64,000 nucleotides of DNA, from positions 253,952,001 through 254,016,000 of the forward strand of contig OZ024742.1 in assembly GCA_964016885.1 (NCBI GenBank), given 5' to 3'. How positions within the stretch are numbered: position 1 is the first letter of the stretch; each line of letters opens with the position of its first letter. The notes under the pieces are model-generated. The model was not told where the DNA came from. It searched no databases and was given only the letters and a program-made list of their open reading frames with translations. The position numbers and the translations under genes were made by a program. Origin of the DNA: Eledone cirrhosa (Eukaryota). Of the stretch, positions 1 through 13,830 are shown in pieces.

Positions 1-59
1 GGACAAACACGTCCAACCCATGCTAGTGTGGAATATACACGTTAAACGATGATGATGAT
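1..59 (+). repeat. 3' tail of RTE-LINE/SINE family ending in (GAT)n
   Basis: AACCCATGCTAG...ACGTTAAACGATGATGATG matches the tails at ~24440-24498 and ~58030-58075. Confidence 0.6.
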
Positions 60-635
60 ATATATATATATATATACATACACAATATTAATTTATAATT
101 TTATAAAGTCAGCTGTCTCTAACATGTAAACATCTCACTGAAAAGATAATATATATTGATATTAATATATTAATAAATTATCTACCCAGAGAAGTAATAA
201 AATGTATTAAACTTAAGCGAAAATCTCACTTTGGAGACTAAAATAAGTCAGTCTTTAGTTATTTAATTTGACATTTTTTCTTGAAAATACAACATCCGTA
301 ATTCCAAGACATTGGAATAACCAATATTGTAAGAATTTCAGTTTCTTCATCAGGAGGAGGAGGATTCTTTCTTAGGAATCAGGGAACAAGTTGAATATAT
401 ATTATACACAGCATGTCATTGCTAGACAGCATGTTGAACAATGTGTTGTATTTCTGAATTACTATAAAAAGATATCCCACTTAATGTATTAGGACAATAT
501 GAAGGTCGGGGAATTATATAAGTTAAAACCAACTTATTTTAGCCGATCTATCTAATATCCCCACAAAATGAGATTTTGGCTTAAGTTTAAAATATTTTGT
601 ATACATATATACATATATGTATGTATGTACATGAA

Positions 636-640
<5 letters not shown>

Positions 641-722
<82 letters not shown>
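641..722. repeat. (TA)n(TG)n compound microsatellite, representative of dozens of (TA)n tracts in the window
   Basis: direct reading; such tracts produce the spurious YIYI/CVCV ORFs. Confidence 0.95.
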
Positions 723-729
<7 letters not shown>

Positions 730-1447
730 GTTTGTGTGTGTTTGTGTATATATGTGTGTGTTGTTTAATATCAAATTGTGAAACAATTCTCAATTTAGCA
801 AACAGAAATTTGTTCGAACTCCAAACTATATAATCTGGAAGAATAAGGCAAAAAAGGAAATAGATATATATATATATATATATATATGGTGAAAAATAAT
901 GATATACAGAGTTTAAAATGTAAGGAGCATGAGTTGGTGTGGCGTGTTAGGGGTGTGTATGCGTGTAGCGTGTGGTGTGTGTGTTTGTGGCTTGGTGCTA
1001 TGTGGGTGTGGTGTGTGGTATGGGTTTGTATCATGTGTGGCTGTGAGGTGTGTGTGTGTGGTGCATGAGTGGAGTGTGCATGGCATGTAATAGTGTGTGT
1101 ATATGTGCTGTATGTGGTATGTGATTTTGTAGTATGTGATTTTGTGTGTGTGTGTGCATGTGCATGTGTGTGTGTGTGAGTGTGTGTGTGTAGCCATAAA
1201 TATTATTCTCTACTGTATAATCTCCTAGATATTTGGATTTATCTCATATTTTACAGTTAACAGAGTGAATCTTTATCATATATTTTAACATATATTCTAT
1301 ATTTTATGCAGCCAATCTAGATCATATATTTCATAAAATGTTGTTTAAATTTAATGAAATAAAATTACCAGTTCAAATTTTAAATTGAATATATTTTAAA
1401 TAACAGTTTCATGTTAACTCAATACAATTGATTATCATTATCATTAT

Positions 1448-1712
1448 GTGGATTGGCAGTATCGAAAAAAATACTTTGCGACATATAGTTAAGGCCCTTT
1501 ATGGCAGTATCGGTAGAGGGTCGGTTGCTGTGCCTTTCGGCATAGAGTTACACCCCTTTACGTTCTGAGTTCAAATCCTGCCACGGTTATCTTTGCCTTT
1601 CATCCTTACAGTGTTGATAAAATAAAGTACCAGTAATGCACTGGGTGATTAAATTGATTTTCCATTCCCCCAAAATGTTGGCATTGTGCCTAAAGTCGGA
1701 AGGCCAGTTTAA
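1448..1712 (+). mobile_element. tRNA-derived SINE, diverged copy of the 27151-27343 family
   Basis: B-box-like GAGTTCAAATCC followed by TTTGCCTTTCATCCTT...GATAAAATAAAGTACCAGT, shared with the copies at 27151 and 30890. Confidence 0.75.
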
Positions 1713-2307
1713 AGAACATTTCCTTAACCATAAGACAACCTTAAACCACCTCAAGAAACAATTGACCATGAAACTAACATGCCATGTATGGTTACTCAAG
1801 AGGACGAGTGTGAACATCTCAATTCTTTGAGAAATCGAGACCACATGTAAAACAATCAAAGGTGTGCTGATTATACTTCTATGAATGATCAAATATCTTA
1901 CAGAAGCTACACAAGAGCACATGCTTTAATACAAGGGTTGATCTTTTGGCCGCTGTCTCCACATCGCAAAATTTTGTTACATAACTGGAAAGTCACAGTA
2001 TAATCAAATACTTAAAGACATCCCAAGCAAACATCATTTCTCACACCCGAAAATTATCGCCCATAAAGCAGTGAAATGGATTTACCTCCCTCTTCTGTGC
2101 AGAATCCATCCAGTTTAAAAATACTTCCACTCAAATCATAATAACCATACAAAAGTTGATAATCCTTTTTAGGTGAAATGCTTGATTTCAAAGTATGGTT
2201 TAGTAATTGTTTTCAAATTAATTCTGAACCCAACTTGTCCTTTGGACTGAATGCTCTACCAACTTTTGATATAACAATCTGAATTTTAATTTTCACTACA
2301 TAATATA

Positions 2308-3608
2308 CAGGGTGTGGACGATATTTGTTCGCAATTTTCAACTGCTAATTTTATGCAATTTTTTTTACTTCCGTTGTCACTCTTGTCTTCATAAAAACAG
2401 TGACTATATTTCCATTATTTATTTTCAGAATAATTGATTATGAATAATTTTGAACCTCCAAATTTGTGGAAGAGACACGGAGTTTTTCTTAGAATCCACT
2501 CCGGGAGGACAAATAAGGAAATTTCAGACTTTCTCAGTGTCAGCAGGAGAATGGTGGAAAAGGTCAGAAAGGAATTGGAAGATTCAGGATTCGACTACGA
2601 AGCAACATCAGAGAGGAAAACACATGATCGATGATCTGACGCCTTCAGAACGCCCGACCGAGTTCGTTGCTGAAGTTCATGATATCATCAACAATGAACC
2701 TAGCAAGTCGAGAAAGGCATGAATGAAAGGCATGGATGAAAAGCTCATTAGGCTGGTGGTACATGAAGACATTCGGTACATTTCATACAAGATGAGGAAA
2801 GGACAATTACTGTCAAAGGCGATGCAAGAAAAGCGACTGAAGCATGCAAAGAAGCTGATAAACAAGTTGAAACACCCACTGGAGCCAGACATGCTGTGGT
2901 TTTTCTCCGAGGAGAAAATCTTCTGGCAAGACCAGAAGATCAACTCCCAGAACAACAGATGGCTCGCTGTCTCATCCAAAGACGTGCCCATAGTCATGCA
3001 GACAAAGTTTCCAGCGACAACATTGGTCTTAGGTGTCGTCAGCAGTCAAGGTGACGTCATGCCACCTCACTGCATCCCTGAGGGCCTCAAGCTGAACACC
3101 GATGGCTACATCCGCGTTCTGAGCGAGGTAGTAAAGCCCTGGATCGACCAGGTAGCTGCAGGTAGGCTGTACGTGTGGCAGCATGACTCAGCGCCTTGCC
3201 ATAGCAGCTGAAAGACCCAAGCATGGCTGTCAGAGAACTTCGTCGACCACACTTGACCTGACATCTGGCCTCCCAGCTCGCCTGACTGCAACCCCCTCGA
3301 CTTCTTTGTGTGGGGCGTAGAGGAACCAGACACCAACATATCTAGCTGCAATACGAAAGACGATCTGAAGGCCAGGATCACAAGTGCCTTTAGGGGCCTA
3401 AGCCGGTGGACAGTGACAAAGGCCTGTAGCCGGTTCCGAGGCCGCCTTGAAGCTGTCATCAAAGCCAATGGTGGGTTTATCGAGTGAGATCGAAAGAACA
3501 AGTCATGAAGACAAACTGACCCAAGTTTGATAAATATCTCTTAAAAAATAAAACTAGCCTGTTACTCTTTCCTAGACAGTAATCTTGCGAACAAATATCG
3601 TCCGCACC

Positions 3609-3611
<3 letters not shown>
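2308..3611 (+). mobile_element. Tc1/mariner-superfamily DNA transposon, DD37D (maT) family
   Basis: 27-bp TIRs CAGGGTG(T/C)GGACGATATTTGTTCGCAA at 2308-2334 and 3585-3611 (1 mismatch), flanked by TA on both sides; internal transposase. Confidence 0.93.
2440..3487 (+). pseudogene. DD37D transposase, disrupted by stops/frameshift
   Basis: WFFSEEK (for FSDEK), WQHDSAPCH...WPPSSPDCNPLDFFVWG with 37 codons between the 2nd and 3rd Asp; at least two in-frame TGA in that interval. Confidence 0.9.
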
Positions 3612-3656
<45 letters not shown>

Positions 3657-4064
3657 GCAGTTGCATTAAGAAAGTGTTAAGCATAATAGAGGTGTATATG
3701 AAATCATATACTGTATGTTTATATACAATAAGTATGTGAGAGCCTTGTTATGAAAGGTAAGATATTTTTTCATTATGAAAAGATTATTTTTCTCTCATTT
3801 GTTCTGTGAACATGACACAGGTCAGTGGGAGTTAAGAATGCTAGACAGCACTCTTTCAAGATTTGCTCAACTCTCATCAGTGGCATTCACTAAACCTGTA
3901 GTCACATGAAAATATAGTAGAGCATATAAAGATTTTGTGTGATGAACATTTGCTGGAAATGCTCATTTGCATATGGTGTGAACTTGGCTGGTTATAAATA
4001 ATTGACAGTAGCACTAAGATAAAGTTTAGCATAATAGGAGAGTATATGAAATTATATTCTATAA

Positions 4065-4098
<34 letters not shown>

Positions 4099-4104
4099 AA
4101 CATA

Positions 4105-4165
4105 TCTTCTGAAGATCCCATAAAAGGGTGAAAAGCAGCGATTCTTTGCTTAAACTTTAATCTGT
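4105..4165 (+). repeat. short fragment of PLE family-A 3' pLTR with hammerhead-like core
   Basis: CTGAAGATCCC...GGGTGAAAAGCAGCGATTCTTTGCTTAAACTTTAATCTGT matches ~23610-23665. Confidence 0.7.
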
Positions 4166-4172
4166 ACAAATA

Positions 4173-4244
<72 letters not shown>

Positions 4245-4642
4245 AGGGAGTGAAACTTGGAGTTACTGTAGGTTCATCCGGGTGACCACTCAAGTTTAGG
4301 TTCACTTCTGTGTCGAGGTGTAGAGTTATACAGAGTGTATTATAGTGAAAAGATAACAAGTACGATTGGTTACTCCTTCATTACATTTATTGGTTGGTGA
4401 CGCGCCTTTCGCCACTGATCAGCTCAAGGTTCGATCTGTATCGATCTTACCTGACTCTGTAATCTGCAGCTCGACGGACTATATATATATATATATTTAG
4501 TATATGTTGGTTGTATACCAACACCTCAATATGCAGATTGGAGCACTCGACGAAGTGCGCAGGTTGGTTTGGTTACTCCGGAGTAATGTAAAAATAAACT
4601 AAAATAAATAACTCAAATGTTTAAAATTTGGCTTCGTTTATT

Positions 4643-4697
4643 ACTGCTATATATATTTCGGTGATAGCCATCTTTGGCTGTGACCTCTTCAGGCAGT
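4643..4697 (-). ncRNA. type I hammerhead ribozyme motif (inverted copy of 5222-5276)
   Basis: reverse complement of the 5222-5276 motif. Confidence 0.8.
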
Positions 4698-5221
4698 CCA
4701 AATTAGTGTGGTAGAGACGAGTACACATGTTGTTGAGGTGTTTAACTTTGTCAATACTCCGATATGCCGAGTTCCTGGTTGTGTTGTTATTTCACTGAGG
4801 AACTGGAATCATATGAATTTAAACAAACGAATTTCAGCGTCAAAGGACATCTTCTCCTCCTATTGGTCAGTTGTGGGAACATTCCTCAGTCAAAAGTCTT
4901 TAGAAATTCGTTCTGAGGCGAGGCAATCTGTAGTGGTTGTTCTTGTTATTGTTAAGTACATCTGACCTCTACTCTTATGTTGGTAGTGGTGTTGGTGTTG
5001 GAGTCAGCTAAAAAAAATGATAAAGTGGTAGAAGGAATAAGATTGTAAAGGAACAAAAAAATAAAATAAGATAATCAAATAAAATGTGTGTGTGTTATAC
5101 CCAATCTCAATGTTAGAAAGATTTGTAAATAACAACCCAACCAGGAACTGGGCATATCAGAGTATTGACAAAGTTAAACACCTCAACAACATGTGTACTC
5201 GTCTCTACCACACTAATTCGG

Positions 5222-5276
5222 ACTGCCTGAAGAGGTCACAGCCAAAGATGGCTATCACCGAAATATATATAGCAGT
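5222..5276 (+). ncRNA. type I hammerhead ribozyme motif
   Basis: ACTGC-CTGAAGA-GGT..AGCC..GGCT..ACC-GAAA-TATATA-TA-GCAGT: helix I 5 bp, G10.1-C11.1, palindromic helix III. Confidence 0.85.
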
Positions 5277-5448
5277 AATAAACGAAGCCAAATTTTAAAC
5301 ATTTGGCTTATTTATTTTAGTTTATTTTATATACATATATATTTATATAATAAAGATAATAATAATATCGACGAGGTGTTAAATTGTCATTACATTTATT
5401 GCTGTGACGCACATTTCACAATTTATCAGCTCAAGGTTCGATCTGTAT

Positions 5449-8100
5449 CTTCTGCAGTTGCTGCCCATGTCTCACTACCATGCAGCATCGTGCATCTCAC
5501 ACAGGCATCATATAACCATCCTTTTGTACACAGGGAGAAACCCTTCTTAGTGAACAGAGGAAGCAGCTCCCTAAACTTCTTCCAACCCATCCTTATTCTA
5601 GATACTATGGCCTCGGAACACCCTCCTCCCATGCTAATCTGATCACCTAGGTACCGGAAGCTATCAACCACTTCTATAGAACCCACCTGCATTGGACAAA
5701 TATGTCTATCACTGCGATTACTACTGCCAACTTTCCCTGTACACCTACTACATACGTAGTTTTCCCTACCTGTTAGTTTCCCTGCTATCTCACTACATCT
5801 CTTGTGTATCCAAGATCTGCATTGCGTATATGTTATGGAATTTATGCCAGTTCCATTCCTACATGTCGAACATGGCCATTTTCCCGATGGAATCAGAGTA
5901 TTGGCCTCTCTTCGACTTATCAACACTTTTGTTTTAGCTATGTTCACTCTCAGGCCTCTTAATTCCAACTGCTGTTTCCATAGCCAGAATTTATTCTCTA
6001 GCTCCTCTACTGATTCTGCTATAAGAACCAGATCATCAGCATAGAGAAATTCTCATGGGCAGCCAGTCTTAAACTCGTCTGTTATGGCTTGGAGGACTAT
6101 AATGAACAAGAGCGGGCTGATGACCGAACCCTGATGTACACCTACTTGTATCTGGAATTCCTCACTAAACTCCATTCCTATTCTCACTTTACTGAAAGCA
6201 CCCCTCTACATAGCTTGCACTATCCTCACAAGCCATTTCTCTACACCTAGTTTCCTTAGGGACCGCCAGCTGACAGATCGGGGTACCCTATCAAAGGCCT
6301 TCTCTATGTCAACAAAAGCTAAGTATAGTGGCTTATTCTTCTCTAAGAACCTCTCTTGAAGTTGCCTCACTAAGAAGAGGCCATTTGTTGTACTTTTCCG
6401 AGGCACAAAACCAAACAGCATCTCATCTAATTTGACCCTTTCTCTAATCAGTTGCGCTAATATTCTCTCTGCCATTTTTATAACCTGATCCATCAGCTTT
6501 ATGCCCCTATAATTACTCCTCTCTGGAGCATCCCCTTTACCTTTGTAGCAATTTATGAGAATACTGCTGCACCAGTCTTTGGGTATGACACCACCCTATA
6601 TAGCTTGATTAATGATGCGTGCAACTAATTTAGTGCCTTCAGCATCTCAGCAACTATCCCCAACGGTCCAGCAGCCTTACCATTCTTCATTTCCTTAATT
6701 GCCTCTTGTACCCTATATTCGTTAATCTCAATAGCTGGTCCCTCTGTCGGGTCTACTGGGAGTAATTTCTCTCTGTCTCATTCGTTCTCTACATTCATCA
6801 GTCTCTCATAGTGACATTTCCATGCCTCCTCTTTTTAATCATTCGTGATACTAAGTACAGCGGCATCATTTCAGACACACTTATCTCCAACAACATCCTG
6901 ATTTGTAGTAACACACTGCCTTGCAATGCGGAACATCGCACGTCTCTGATCTTCCTGTCGCAGAACATTGGCAAATCTCCTACTCTCAGCCTCCCTGCGT
7001 GCTAAGTACACCTGACGTCTAGCTTCTCTCTTAGCGGATGTGTATCCTTCTCTACTTCCACCGTTTTTCCAAGCCTTCCATGTCAGTCTTTTGTCTCTAA
7101 TGGCCCTATCTACCGGGCTGTTCCACCACCAGGTCACTCTCTGTCTGGTTGAAGCTCAGCCCCAACCACAAGCTTCTTCAGTAGCGTGCAGTAAGTTGTC
7201 ACACAAGAAATTCCAGTTATCATCTATGTCATATGATTTTAAATTGTCTTACTTTTCGTCATACACATCTTGAAGGGTTTTTCTAAATTTATATTTTAAT
7301 GAAAGGTCTTTTAGCTTCCAGACCTTTCTTTTCCACACCTTCCTGTATGTCTCGTTCTTTCTCTTGCTTACTGAGATGTCACTAACGACTAACCTATGCT
7401 GTGGGTACATTCTTCCCCGGGGTATGCCTTAGTATTTGACACCATCTGTCTGTCTCGCTGTCTAACTAGCAGGAAGTCAATCTGGCTTATGTGCTCGCCT
7501 GATTTGTAGGTTATTAGGTGGTTGGTAGGCTTCTGGAAGTTAGTGTTGCAAATGGTTAGTGCACTTGCATCACAAAATTGCAGAAGCCTCACTCCTTCTT
7601 CATTACTTGAGCCGTAACCGTGCCCACTATGTAACCCAGTGTATCCATCCTGGAGCTGTCCAACATGTCCATTGAAGTCACCCGCTAGCATAACGATGTC
7701 TCTGTCCTCCGTCATTCAGGCTGTTTGTAAAAGATGCTCGTAAAAGCAGTCTTTCTCTTCTTTACCTAGGCCTGCCTGGGGAGCATAGGCAGAGATGATT
7801 GTCAGTAGTCTCTTGCCTACAACTAATTTAAGCTTAATTATTAAATTACCTCTATTGTCTTATTGATCCATCTCTCAGCCAGTAATATGCCCACTCCACC
7901 TAACCCATCATCATTACCCACCCCAAAAAGCTTATAACTACGATGTTTGCCTGCGATTAGTCTTGCAGAGGCACCTCTCCATCTCACCTCTTGCACGCAG
8001 CACACATCTACATGCCTTCTCTCAAGCATCTCCACTATCTCACCAGATCTACCTGTTAGAGTGCCAACATGAAGTTTGGCAACTCTGAGATGCGATGTCT
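5449..8100 (-). mobile_element. RTE-clade (BovB-like) LINE, APE-RT ORF decayed and 3'-truncated
   Basis: APE motifs VGTL, VCCVQEVRW, AGDFNGHVG, SQIDF; RT motif FVDIEKAFDRVP, YADD region near 6030-6045, FRYLG; fragmented over ORFs 5426-8374. Confidence 0.92.
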
Positions 8101-8116
8101 TGTTCTTTTTCCTGTT

Positions 8117-8350
8117 GTGCGATTGCCTGATGACGGTCGTGGGGTTCTCACACCTGGCCTCACTAACCACCCGACTACCGTGCGCAACCCTAACATGGTT
8201 AGTGTTATTGCTGTTTACGCAGTTGTTTTTGTGCGATTGCTTGATGACGGTCAGGGGGGGGGGGGGGTTCTCGCACAAGGCCGTACCAGCCACCCCACTA
8301 CCGTGCGCAGCCCTAACATGGTTAGTCTTATTGCTGTTGACGCAGTTGTT
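8117..8350. repeat. two ~115-bp tandem repeats at the RTE 5' end
   Basis: TGTGCGATTGC(C/T)TGATGACGGTC...CCCTAACATGGTTAGT...ACGCAGTTGTT occurs twice. Confidence 0.8.
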
Positions 8351-8485
8351 GCAATTCTTATTTGTTGTTCTCATAATTTTGGCATTTATTATACTGGTGG
8401 GATGCCCTTCCTCACACCAGCACCACTTTACTGCATGGGCTGGGTGCTTTTATTCGTGCCACCAGCACTAGAGAGGTCGTAATGG

Positions 8486-8628
8486 CTGATACATAGAATT
8501 TTAACATAGATTCCAAGTCACATACACACAAATATATAAAATAAACAAATACAGCCATCTTTCTGATACATAGAATTTTAACAGAGTTTCCAAGTCGCAT
8601 ACACACAAATATATAAAATAAACAAATA
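8486..8628. repeat. ~77-bp-period tandem duplication
   Basis: CTGATACATAGAATTTTAACA...CATACACACAAATATATAAAATAAACAAATA occurs twice. Confidence 0.8.
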
Positions 8629-8983
8629 GAGCAATCTTTATGAAAAGTGAGAGCTTTCACTATCATTCAAGCCGTTACATATAATATTTGACATAATTTT
8701 GGAGATATGGAGAAAGCAAAACCTATCTTTAAGAATCCACGTATGGTAATCAAATGGTTAATGACATAGAAATATGGTGATGAAAGGATTAATGACATAG
8801 ACAGTGTCTTTCATTAGAAATATGGTAATGAAAGGGTTAATGACATAGACATTCAGAGAAAATCAATCCCAGGCCTCATTCACATACCTAGTGGGGTAGG
8901 GCTCATCAAATCAAACCAAGAAAACAATGTTTCATTGGTCTTTCCATTACTGACATTATTTATCAGTTGTAACTACTGGCAGA

Positions 8984-9080
8984 AGGAGCAATGTGAAATA
9001 AAGTCTCTTGCTCAAGAACATAACCCATCACCAGGCCTAGGAATTGAACTTTCACCTCACAAAGCTATGCATCTTCACAA
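8984..9080 (-). mobile_element. SINE fragment related to 15753-16198
   Basis: GGAGCAATGTGAAATAAAGT(C/G)TCTTGCTCAAG and GAATTGAACT shared with ~16080-16150. Confidence 0.65.
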
Positions 9081-9097
9081 CAGTAAAGACACACACA

Positions 9098-9145
<48 letters not shown>

Positions 9146-9226
9146 AGGTGAGTTTTATTGTAGTACAATAAAGCAATGCAGATATCGGATAAGAAGCACT
9201 CTACAGTTTGTGGGACTGGAGTATGC

Positions 9227-9990
<764 letters not shown>

Positions 9991-10120
9991 ACGTGTCCGT
10001 TGAACCTGCGGGTCCAGAATCAGACAGATCCACACAATGATCGCGTCTCGAGCTGTCTTCCGGCGAAACAAATGTAACACACAATAAATTGAGTTCAGAT
10101 GCATCACTGATTTTTCGTTT

Positions 10121-10199
<79 letters not shown>

Positions 10200-10430
10200 T
10201 AGATAGATAGATATATTTCTTTATTTACCATAAAGGCATAAAAAGAAGGGACAAATACAAAGAGGGAGTTTACATACAATCGAGTAAAAAGGGTATAAAA
10301 TGAAAATAATCGAAAACAACCTCAAAAGGGAGGGGACGTGATGGGGGTTGCACACCCCCCCGAAAAAGTGTGCAATCCTTTGCCCGGGGAGCACATGGAG
10401 AAGGTGCTCCCCTCTCCTTCACTTCTTTAC

Positions 10431-13400
10431 CTACATGATGGTATACAGAGAAGGCCCATTTACACCAGCCATTCTCGCCACTATCACCCACCTTTCATAA
10501 AACTTCCTGTGGCCAAGCACCTCTCTCTCCATTCTTATCCTTCTTCCGAAGTGATATCGGAAGAAGTTGACCAGACTATGGCCAGAGAGGAAGTTGCCTG
10601 ACCTCAGACCTTTCAATCGTGTCCACCAAACAACCTCTTTCAACATGGCTATTACGCACAGAAAAACCGCCTTTGCTTCCTTTGTGAAGAGGGGAGGCGG
10701 TTTGATTGTCATCACGGACTCAGCGATCAATTGAATCGGCGCCACCCAGATCAGCCACGCCCGGACATTGCACCAATGCGTGCGCAACGGTTTCTTCGTG
10801 ACGTACGCATCTAGGGCAAATCTTTTTCGAGGGATCCCTGCCCGGGCGCCCGTGTCTGTAGAGCCTCTCTCGAACGGGTAGAGCCCCCCGGTAGTACTGC
10901 CAGGCTAGTGACCTCTGGAAGTTGTCCATTGGTCCCGGGCCGAAAGTCCTACCGAACAGGCTGGCCAGTTCGTCCTCTTCCATGTCCAGCGACTCTCCAA
11001 GGGTGTCATCGCCCCTGCTAGCCACCAGCCCTCTATAGAATGATGAGGTGGATTCTCCACCGATGGCCTGGCCCGCTTGCCAGAGAGCCCTGAGTGCCTG
11101 AGCACACTCAGTATGCCAGTCTCCCAGTTTTCCGGATCTTTGCTTGACCCAGGACTGCAGCTCGGTGAGCGAGACGAGTCTCGGAAAGGCTCGTTTCACG
11201 AACGGAGCCCACACCGGTTGACCAGTGAGGAATACTTGTAGGTGCCGTAGCCTTAATGCGTGCCTACGCATCATCAACCACGGCATCCTTAGCCCTCCTT
11301 TCGAAGGTTGTTGGCAGCAGATGGATCTTCTCACCATAGGAGGGCGCTTCTTCCAAAGAAATTGGAAGAGCATGCGTTCCATGGTGGTGAGTGTTTCCTT
11401 AGGGCAAGGCACGACAGTCAGGCGGTAGTAAGTGACGGACGCTATGTAAATGTTCGCCACCTCCGCCCGGCCTTTTAGGGACAGCTTACACTTGGCCCAT
11501 TTCTGGGTTAGTGCAAACACCTTGTTCGTAACCTCGTCCCAGTTCTTTTCCACCTGGAGGTCCGGTCCAAACCAGACCCCAAGCAACTTTACCGGGCCCT
11601 CCGTCCAGTGTCCGAAGACACCGTCGGGAGGCAACGGTCTGCCTCTCCACGTTCCGAGTTGCAGCCTGATAGATTTTTCCCGGTTCAGTTTCGCTCCTGA
11701 CAACCTTTCGTAATCCTCCAGTAAGGTACCGATCGCCTCGATCTCCGAGTCGGTCGATACCATTACTGTTACGGCATCGGCGTAGGCCGACACCGCTTTG
11801 CTCAATCCTGATTCCAGGGGGATACCCTGCAACAACTCTAACTTCCTCAGTAAAGGCTCGAGAGTCAATACGTACAGAAGGGAGGAGAGAGGGCACCCCT
11901 GTCGAATGGATCGTGTGATTTCGAACGGCTTCGAAATGTAGCCGTTCACCTTGATCCTAGAACAGATGTGGTTGCTATGTAAGGCAGTGATCCAGCCTCT
12001 GAAAACAGGACCGAACCCAGCCGCCGCTAGCACCGCATCCAGGTAACCATGGTCGACCCTATGAAGGCCTTAGACTGATCCAAGTTGATCAGGGCCCCAC
12101 CGAAGCCGGGTTTGTTGCCAACCCTCTCTATGATGTATTGCATGAGGTGGAGGTTATCGTGAATGGACCTGGATGGGATAGCACATGTCTGCGCATCTCC
12201 CACCAGGCTACCCACGACAAGCGCCAACCTCTTTGCTAACACCTTGGCCAAAATCTTTAACTCTGTGTTTTCCAGGGTTATGGGCCGAAAATTATTTATA
12301 CTATCCACCTTGTTCTCGTCCTTCCTCACCAGCGAGACTACGCCCTTGGCTACAGAACAAGGAATTCTCCCGTTCTGCTGCCAATTGCAGTAGACCGCTT
12401 CGAGGAGTTCGGAGAAGAAGACCGGCATTGCTAAATAAAGTTCGTAAGGTATACCATCGAGACCTGGGGATTTGCGTCTGCTGCATTGGCTCAGCGCATC
12501 TCCGATCTCATCAGCCGAGATTGGTTCCTCGCAGGACTCTGCCTCTTCGCTCGAGAGACGCGGCAAGCAGGCCGTCGAGGTATGGACCGAAATCCACGTC
12601 CCCGCCCGGACCCTCGCCTCCCACGAATAATCGGGCAAAGTGCCTTTGAAAGGCCTCGCACATCTGCTTAGGCTCCCGGATCACCCGTCCATCCTCGTCT
12701 TGCAACGACCGGATGGTGGATCGATTTCCACTCTTAGCTTCTGTCACGCGGGCCCAGCCAACGGCTTTGGCCCCCTCATTACCTAGAGCACGTATTTTAC
12801 TTCGAATGACGCAGCCTTCGTGCTTTGCATCGAAAAACTGGTTCAAGGCCGTCCTCGATGCCAGCACTCTGGCCACATCTTCGCTCTTGATTGCTTCTTC
12901 TAATTTACCTGTTAATTCTTTCTCGTTTCTATTCCTATCGGCAGCTAACATCTTGCTATAACTTATTGATTCTGTTCTAATCTCTCTTTTGAGAGATGCC
13001 CACCATCGGTTGTTGACGATTGCACCCGTCAACCTCTCCTTAACTAATCTGCTAATCCGGTTTCTGTAAGTCTCTTTTGCCGGTAAAGACAAATTAAGTT
13101 TCCAGTAACCGGGACCCTGTTTATGTGTTTTCTCGAGATTGACTACGCAGGTCACTAATTTGTGATCCGTATAGCCAACCGTGCGCATTTCTGGACAGCT
13201 TAATATGTCCCTATCCTTACTTCTAACTAAGAATCTATCTAAGTACGATTAGATTGACCACTGTGGTTTCTCCAAGTCCAGGTAGGCACAGTTGGAAAAT
13301 CTAGTCGATATCTATCGACCAAGTTAAAACGGTCGAGTAACCCCTTGAGGCTGTTACACCCCCCTCTATTAGGACATGCTCCTGCATTGTCCCAACGTGC

Positions 13401-13830
13401 ATCTAGGATGTCATTCCAATCCCCCGCTAGAAGCAGGGAACGCGACGTTCCCAGAAAAGTCTCCAAACGCTGGAAGAAGTCGGGCCGTTCAGCTCCGAAA
13501 GGGGAGTAGACGGCGACCAGTCTCAAGGCCGCACCTTCACTACTGCCAACGTCTAGCACCAACAAACGACCCTCCGGGTCCGAGTGAACAACCTGTACGG
13601 CAATACCCAGGTGTTTTTGCAGCAGTACGACAACCCCACCCCCACCTCCAGGTTGACAGAGAGATGCATGCAACTCAAAGTCATCGAAGGTAGGGGCCAG
13701 CTGCCGCACGACGCTGATCCGAGTCTCACAGATAACCATTACATTTATACCACATACCTGAGGTCATTTAGAAGCTTTGCTTGCTTCCAAGTTGAGCCCA
13801 GGCCACGTGCATTCAAACATCCTACTCTTA
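10431..13830 (-). pseudogene. Tx1-like ORF2 (APE endonuclease-RT-zinc finger), multiple frameshifts
   Basis: ORF pieces 13239-13739, 12511-13188, 12027-12638, 10720-12033, 10431-10787 carry consecutive domains. Confidence 0.88.

Larger units (their letters stand above)
4590..5329. mobile_element. non-coding fold-back element, ~200-bp inverted arms each carrying a hammerhead
   Basis: arm 4590-4792 is the reverse complement of 5127-5329; (TA)n nearby on both sides. Confidence 0.85.

Noticed and set aside
255-470. Possible minus-strand host exon (TTTATAG acceptor, IQKYNTLFNMLSSNDMLCIIYSTCSLIPKKESSSS*) and CTGATGA..GAAA at ~335-352
   Set aside because: No recognisable homology or partner exons; the ribozyme-like match lacks helices I and III
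2086-2215. Short minus-strand open frame ending at a GTAAAT donor-like site
   Set aside because: In-frame stop upstream and no convincing acceptor; cannot support an exon
4385-4445. Repeat (also at ~5390-5450) with GAAA-GGCGCG-TC on the minus strand resembling a hammerhead 3' half
   Set aside because: No CUGANGA in register and no helix I
10035-10070. Minus-strand CGGAAGA..GAGACGCG hammerhead-like string
   Set aside because: Two core deviations and no supporting helices
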